A DNA stretch of 27,803 bases. Source: Macrostomum lignano. Lineage: Eukaryota. This document shows positions 21,897 through 27,803 of the stretch, piece by piece. The stretch spans positions 1-27,803 of the forward strand of contig NIVC01005048.1 of assembly GCA_002269645.1 (NCBI GenBank). Direction: 5' to 3'. The translations under genes and the position numbers were made by a program. The number at the start of each line of letters is the position of its first letter. Position 1 is the first letter of the stretch. The notes below the pieces were generated by a model. It saw only the letters and a program-made list of their open reading frames with translations, searched no databases and had not been told where the DNA came from.

Positions 21897-22782
21897 TCTG
21901 GTGTGTCTTTTTGCCCCCCTGTCTGACACAATTTGATGCGTCTTTCCGCTCCCTGTCTGACACATCTTGGTGTGTCTTTTTGCCCCCCCTGTCTGAAACA
22001 TTTTGGTGCGTCTTTCCGCCCCCTGTCTGACACAATTTACTGCGTCTTTCCGCCCCCTGTCTGACACATTTTGGTGTGTCTTTCCGCCCCCCTGTCTGAC
22101 ACATTTTGGTGCGTCTTTCCGCCCCCCTGTCTGACACAATTTAGTGCGTCTTTCCGCCCCCCTGTCTGACACATTTTGGTGCGTCTTTCCGCCCCCCCCC
22201 TGTCTGACACATTTTGGTGCGTCTTCCCCCCCCCCTGTCTGACACATTTTGGTGCGTCTTCCCCCCCCCCTGTCTGACACATTTTGGTGCGTCTTCCCCC
22301 CCTGTCTGACACATTTTGGTGCGTCTTCCCTCGCTGTCTGACACATTTTGGTGCGTCTTCCCTCGCTGTCTGACACATTTTGGTGCGTCTTCCCTCGCTG
22401 TCTGACACATTTTGGTGCGTCTTTCCGCCCCCCCCCCTGTCTGACACATTTTGGTGCGTCTTCCCTCGCTGTCTGACACATTTTGGTGCGTCTTTCCGCC
22501 CCCCCCCCTGTCTGACACATTTTGGTGCGTCTTCCCTCGCTGTCTGACACATTTTAATGCGTCTTTCCGCCCCCCTCTGTCTGACACATTTTGGTGCGTC
22601 TTCCCCCCCCTGTCTGACACATTTTGGTGCGTCTTCCCCCCCCCCTGTCTGACACATTTTGGTGCGTCTTCCCTCGCTGTCTGACACATTTTGGTGCGTC
22701 TTCCCTCGTTGTCTGACACATTTTGGTGCGTCTTTCCGCCCCCCCTGTCTGACACAATTTAGTGCGTCTTTCCGCCCCCCTT
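21897..22782. repeat. 32-42-bp minisatellite TGTCTGACACATTTTGGTGCGTCTT(T)CC(G)Cn / CCCTCGC, ~24 copies
   Basis: Direct reading; length varies through the C-run. Confidence 0.96.
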
Positions 22783-23324
22783 ATCTCTTCCACATTCCGC
22801 CTTCACTTGACACCCTCTGACAATATCCTAAACTTGTGGCCCAAAACGGTCGCATTGAACTTAGTTGAAATTTTGCACTTTTTCGCATAAAAACAGTGCA
22901 CTTTCTGTTGCTTAGTTTCGATTTGAAATGATAGCGTCAGAGTCAGATGGAAAATATATTAAAGCAGCGATATTTCAGAGCCCAGTAGAGATCGAATGAC
23001 CCGAACTCGGGGCGTGTGAAGTGCTCTAGCTGCTCAGCGGGTGGTTTCGAATGTTTCTCTAATTCGCTGCTTCGTGAGTTTCCACTGGTTTGCTGCATTC
23101 GGCCGTCATAAAATATGCAATAAAGTTTTCATAATTAAATGCTTTAGTGAAGTGCATTTCTTAGCTTTTGCACTACTCATAGTAGCTAGCGAGTAGAGAA
23201 AAATTTCTAAAATTCTCCTTTTTCTCACTCTGTTTCCAGTATAGCAAAAATATTATCACTGCATAATGCAATTTTCTATTCTCTGTGTTCTCCATGTCTT
23301 TCCCTTTAGGATTTTGTCTCACTT

Positions 23325-23828
23325 TCTCCCTCTGGTGTCTACCTCACTCCCTTGGTGTCTACCCCACTCCCTTGTTGTCTACCTCACTCCCTCTGTTCTC
23401 TACATCACTCCCTCTGGTGTCTACCTCACTCCCTTTGGTGTCTACCCAACTCCCTTGGTGCCTACCTCACTCCCTTTGGTGTCTACCTCACTCCCTTTGG
23501 TGTCTACCTCTCTCCCTCTGGTGTCTACCTCTCTCCCTCTGGTGTCTACCTCACTCCCTTTGGTGTCTACATGTACATCTCTCCTTCTGGCGTCTACCTC
23601 TCTCCCTTTGGTGTCTCCCTCTCCCTCTGGTGCCTACCTCTCTCTGGTGTCTACCTCTTCTCCCTTTGGTGTCTCCCTCTCCCTCTGGTGTCTACCTCTC
23701 TCCCTCTGGTGTCTACCTCTTCTCCTTCTGGTGTCTACCTCTCTCCCTCTGGTGTCTACCTCTCTCCCTCTGGTGTCTAACTCTCTCCCTCTGGTGTCTA
23801 CCTCACTCCCTTTGGTATCTACCTCTTT
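23325..23828. repeat. 21-bp minisatellite CCCTCTGGTGTCTACCTC(T/A)CT, ~24 copies
   Basis: Direct reading. Confidence 0.95.
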
Positions 23829-24438
23829 CCCTGTTTACGAGTAGCTATAATAATACCCTGGTCAGGAGTTCAAAAAGTTAATTAACTAATCTTATAATTA
23901 ACTAACTACTTAAACCCTATAGGCTTCCCAACACGATAGCTGCGATTTTTAGTCACAAGAGAGACCCTATAGTTTGTCAGAGTAACTTGCTGACTAACCT
24001 CAACGAAAGCAGAGTTCTCAATTAGATATAGTTACTAGCTGATTTAATTAACAGAACACACAAGTGCAAGCGGATTGTATCGGTATGCACACTGTTCTGA
24101 GCTCTTTTATGTAGTTATGGTGCCCTTGGCCGCTGCTGAAGAGCCAGGAAGTGCACTCCATTGCCTATGAATGAATCCGAGTGATTACAATGAATGTACA
24201 CTCTCAATCTCAATCAATGCGCTCATTCCCCCCCCCCCTGCTCTCTGAATAATACACGTAATTATAATAATATTTCAATCACCGCACAGAGGGAGAGAGA
24301 GGGGGGTCTGGCGGAGAGTTAGAGAGCAATAAAGTTTGGCGGAGAGTGAAGTGGCGGCGCTGTGTGTGTAAGGCCGTAGATATACGCTCGTAATTAAAAA
24401 GCGCATGGGGATTGCACTCTGGCTATAAGCTATTTGAA

Positions 24439-24695
24439 ATGGACTCTCCTGACCTCGCGACGTCGCCGGAGTCGCCTCAGTCTCAGCCTCAGCAGCAGCA
24501 GCTGGGATCCATCGGTTTGGTAGCCAGCAGGAAAACGGTGTACCTGCAGCATCGCAGCTCGTCCGCGCCATCATCTTCAGCAAGCAGCCAGCAGCAGCCA
24601 GGGTTGTCGCTGCTGGGCAGGAGAACCTCCCCAATGGCTGCTGCGGGTTGTAATAGCCATCGGAGGCGATCAAATTTTAGAATTGTTAGAAACAG
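24439..24695 (+). CDS. Probable alternative first coding exon MDSPDLATSPESPQSQPQQQQLGSIGLVASRKTVYLQHRSSSAPSSSASSQQQPGLSLLGRRTSPMAAAGCNSHRRRSNFRIVRN, phase-2 end
   Basis: 85 open codons, S/Q/P-rich; perfect CAG|GTAAGA donor; no good acceptor upstream. Confidence 0.75.
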
Positions 24696-24717
24696 GTAAG
24701 AGACTATTATTTTTTGC

Positions 24718-25772
24718 AGTTCCTAAGGTCCTACAGTTCCTAAGGTCCTACAGTTCCTAGGGTCCTGTGGTTCCTATGGTCTTCTGGTTCCTAAGGTCCT
24801 GTGGTTCATAAGATCCTCTGGTTCCTAAGGTCCTGTGGTTCCTAAGGTCCTGTGATTCCTAAGATCCTGTGGTTACTAAGGTCTTGTTGGTTCCTAAGGT
24901 CCAGTGGTTACTAAGGTCCTGTGGTTCCTAAGGTCTTTTGGTTACTAAGGTCCTGTGGTTCCTAAGGTCTTTTGGTTCCTAAGGTCTTGTTGGTTCCTAA
25001 GGTCCAGTGGTTTTCTAAGGTCTTTTGGTTTCTAAGGTCTTGTTGGTTCCTAAGCCTAAGGTTCAGTGGTTTTCTAAGGTCCTATTGGTTCCTAAGGTCC
25101 TGTGGTTACTAAGGTCAAGTGGTTCCTAAGGTCCAGTGATTTTTAAGGTCCAGTGGTTTCTAAGGCCCTGTAGTTTCTAAAGTCCTACAGTTCCTAAGGT
25201 CCTGTGGTTCCTAAGGTCCTACAGTTCCTAGGGTCCTACAGTACCTAAGGTCCTACAGTTCCTAAGGTCCTGTGGTTCCTAAGGTCCTACAGTTCCTAGG
25301 GTCCTACAGTACCTAAGGTCCTACAGTTCCTAAGGTCCTACAGTTCCTAAGGTCCTACAGTTCCTAAGGTCCTACAGTTCCTAAGGTCCTACAGTTCCTA
25401 AGGTCCTACAGTTCCTAAGGTCCTACAGTTCCTAAGGTCCTACAGTTCCTAAGGTCCTACAGTTCCTAAGGTCCTACAGTTCCTAAGGTCCTACAGTTCC
25501 TAAGGTCCTACAGTCTAAGGTCCTGTGGTTCCTAAGGTCCTGTGGTTCCCAAGGTCCTACAGTTCCTAAGGTCCTACAGTTCCTAAGGTCCTACAGTTCC
25601 TAAGGTCCTACAGTTCCTAAGGTCCTACAGTTCCTAAGGTCCTACAGTCTAAGGTCCTGTGGTTCCTAAGGTCCTGTGGTTCCTAAGGTCCTGTGGTTCC
25701 TAAGGTCCTACAGTTCCTAAGGTCTTACAGTTCCTAAGGTCTTACAGTTCCTAAGGTCCTACAGTCTAAGGT
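24718..25772. repeat. 17-bp minisatellite GTTCCTAAGGTCCT(ACA/GTG), ~62 copies
   Basis: Direct reading; degenerate 5' half, homogeneous 3' half. Confidence 0.98.
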
Positions 25773-25805
25773 CATTATATTCATTAGATTAGCTAACAAA
25801 TGCAG

Positions 25806-25845
25806 GCTAAAGGAGCAGACACACACACTCTCACTCACACACGCA
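25806..25845 (+). CDS. Candidate 40-nt exon (LKEQTHTLSLTHA), phase 2/0
   Basis: CTAAC branch plus TGCAG acceptor; GCA|GTAAGT consensus donor; accepts the phase-2 ends at 19705, 21843 and 24695. Confidence 0.45.
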
Positions 25846-26073
25846 GTAAGTGCCAAGCTGCAGTACTCCGACAGACAGTCCACCATGTGCCGCGAACTGC
25901 ATATGCTTGAAGTTTGCGGTGCGGCCATCGGCGGAGAGTCGTTCAAGCTCGATTCGATCTTCTCTCTTTCCCTTTTCCTTCCTTCCCCTTTATGCGCCAA
26001 TTAAGAGCTGACGAGCCGAATACGAGCAGCGTTCGCGGATCGAAACCCATAAAGGACTGGCACAGTGGCCTCT

Positions 26074-26111
26074 GATTGGATTATATAAAGGTAGCTTAGC
26101 AACCTTCAACT
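26074..26111 (+). promoter_or_regulatory. Candidate core promoter: inverted CCAAT, TATA box, Inr-like motif
   Basis: GATTGG 26074-26079, TATATAAAG 26082-26090, TTCAACT 26105-26111; ATG at 26199. Confidence 0.4.
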
Positions 26112-26198
26112 AGCTTAACTGCTAATTTTTAGGAGCGTCAGGCCTAGAAGTGTGTCCTGTAGAACTCAGTAAATTGTGTGCTTTTTAAAAATCAATAA

Positions 26199-26322
26199 AT
26201 GTCCGCAAGTTCCGGACGGCGTCAGGTAAGAATGGCTCGGACGGAGAGCGTGCACGGCTCCGTGGCAGTGCGAAAGCCCACTGCCGTAGCCCGGCTCAGG
26301 GCCAACTGGAGAGGACAGTCAG
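26199..26322 (+). CDS. Candidate alternative first exon MSASSGRRQVRMARTESVHGSVAVRKPTAVARLRANWRGQS, with two donors (26225 phase 0, 26322 phase 1)
   Basis: ATG downstream of TATA; CAG|GTAAGA and CAG|GTGAGA donors; frame open. Confidence 0.45.
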
Positions 26323-26336
26323 GTGAGAATCAATAA

Positions 26337-27253
26337 TACTGGAGATAAGATGCTTGAGATAAGATACTGGAGATAAGATGCTAGAGATAAGATACTGGAG
26401 ATAAGATGCTAGAGATAAGATACTGGAGATAAGATACTAGTGATAAGATACTAGAGATAAGATGCTAGAGATAAGATACTGGAGATAAGATGCTTGAGAT
26501 AAGATACTGGAGATAAGATACTAGAGATAAGACACTAGAGATAAGACACTAGAGATAAGACACTAGAGATAAGATACTAGCGATAAGATACTAGCGATAA
26601 GACACTAGCGATAAGATACTAGCGATAAGATACTAGCGATAAGACACTAGCGATAAGATACTAGCGATAAGATACTAGCGATAAGACACTAGAGATAAGA
26701 CACTAGAGATAAGACACTAGAGATAAGACACTAGAGATAAGATACTAGCGATAAGATACTAGCGATAAGACACTAGAGATAAGATACTAGCGATAAGATA
26801 CTAGCGATAAGACACTAGCGATAAGATACTAGCGATAAGACACTAGCGATAAGATACTAGCGATAAGATACTAGCGATAAGACACTAGAGATAAGACACT
26901 AGCGATAAGACACTAGCGATAAGACACTAGAGATAAGATACTAGCGATAAGACACTAGAGATAAGATACTAGCGATAAGACACTAGAGATAAGACACTAG
27001 AGATAAGATACTAGCGATAAGACACTAGAGATAAGACACTAGCGATAAGACACTAGAGATAAGACACTAGAGGTAAGATACTAGCGATAAGACACTAGCG
27101 ATAAGACACTAGAGATAAGATACTAGCGATAAGATACTAGCGATAAGACACTAGAGATAAGATACTAGCGATAAGATACTAGAGATAAGACACTAGAGAT
27201 AAGACACTAGAGATAAGACACTAGCGATAAGACACTAGCAAGACACTAGAGAT
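26337..27253. repeat. 14-bp minisatellite G(A/C)GATAAGA(T/C)ACTA, ~65 copies
   Basis: Direct reading. Confidence 0.98.
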
Positions 27254-27719
27254 AATTGATGCTATCGATAAGATACAACAGAAAGGATACTATGCTCATA
27301 TATGCAAGACAGTGTAGCCAGATCAGAGATAAATAACATTTGATACCGAATATCTGAGGCAGGAATAAAGCCACTAAAAAGGTACTTTACCCCAGTCTCA
27401 GTGGCCTCAGATCCCAGTAAATAAGATTGGGCAGGCATCCTGCAAGGGTGATAAATGCTGTCAAATGTAGGGCTAAGCCGCTAACTAAATCTAAGCTATT
27501 AAATATTGGCAGGATTAGCTGCTGCCAGTCTAACCGCTGTGAAATGAACACGAATCGACAGGTGGGAGGCAGGGGACTGTAGGATTAGTTTATGTCGGCA
27601 TGGCTGCAAGCTTGGAGGCTATACGAGTATGTGACTTCAAAAAGACAGCAGATAGAAGCCAACAGTCAGGGCGAGTGTGCAGGGGTTCCTTGAATCGAAT
27701 AATCCCCCCCCCTGAGCAG

Positions 27720-27803
27720 CGGGAAGAAAAACTGAGACCGATTCGTTGCGCGGGACCCTGAGTCCACCTGCGCCAAAAAAGGCGAGTGTGAAGCAGGAAA
27801 GCA
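27720..27803 (+). CDS. Candidate exon running off the window (GRKTETDSLRGTLSPPAPKKASVKQES), phase-1 start
   Basis: C-run plus GAGCAG acceptor at 27719; phase fits donor 26322; open to the edge. Confidence 0.35.

Noticed and set aside
9644-23881. Other long ORFs (LSSLLS, RETE, MKGERE, LAGR, CHFLLQRVP, KMCQT, LPLVSTS)
   Set aside because: All coincide exactly with tandem arrays and lack independent coding signal
24696-24719. Ultra-short 24-nt GT..AG intron here and a 22-nt one at 7806-7827
   Set aside because: Below usual metazoan minimum intron length; splicing here would exonise the stop-containing array
25885-26004. 39-aa ORF with perfect CCACCATG context
   Set aside because: Short, runs into a pyrimidine tract, lies just inside a predicted intron; no further support
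48-27253. Telomeric or centromeric satellite interpretation
   Set aside because: No TTAGGG-type unit; arrays are short, heterogeneous and interleaved with exons

Overview
Eukaryotic (animal-like) genomic DNA; no prokaryotic features, no CRISPR, no rRNA. By my rough boundary sum about half of the window (~14-15 kb) is made of ~20 different tandem arrays with 4-42 bp units. They are separated by 0.2-1.5 kb unique stretches. Every long ORF in the supplied track is a translated repeat and is not a gene. The unique stretches hold short GC-richer segments with canonical + strand splice signals. By hand these join into one fragmented Ser/Gly/Gln/Arg-rich protein-coding gene, with several apparent alternative first exons in the 3' half. 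No catalytic or named domain is recognisable, so no gene symbol is given. Also present are two tRNA-derived SINE-like elements (- strand), a 17-bp inverted repeat pair and two promoter-like motif clusters. The style (minisatellite-filled introns, tiny exons, GGC/CAG-rich coding) resembles the flatworm Macrostomum, but that is an unverified impression. The exon models are manual, and phases and joins need RNA-seq. The most notable feature is architectural: almost every intron carries its own private minisatellite, often running up to the splice site. I cannot support a claim of a new enzymatic or defence system.
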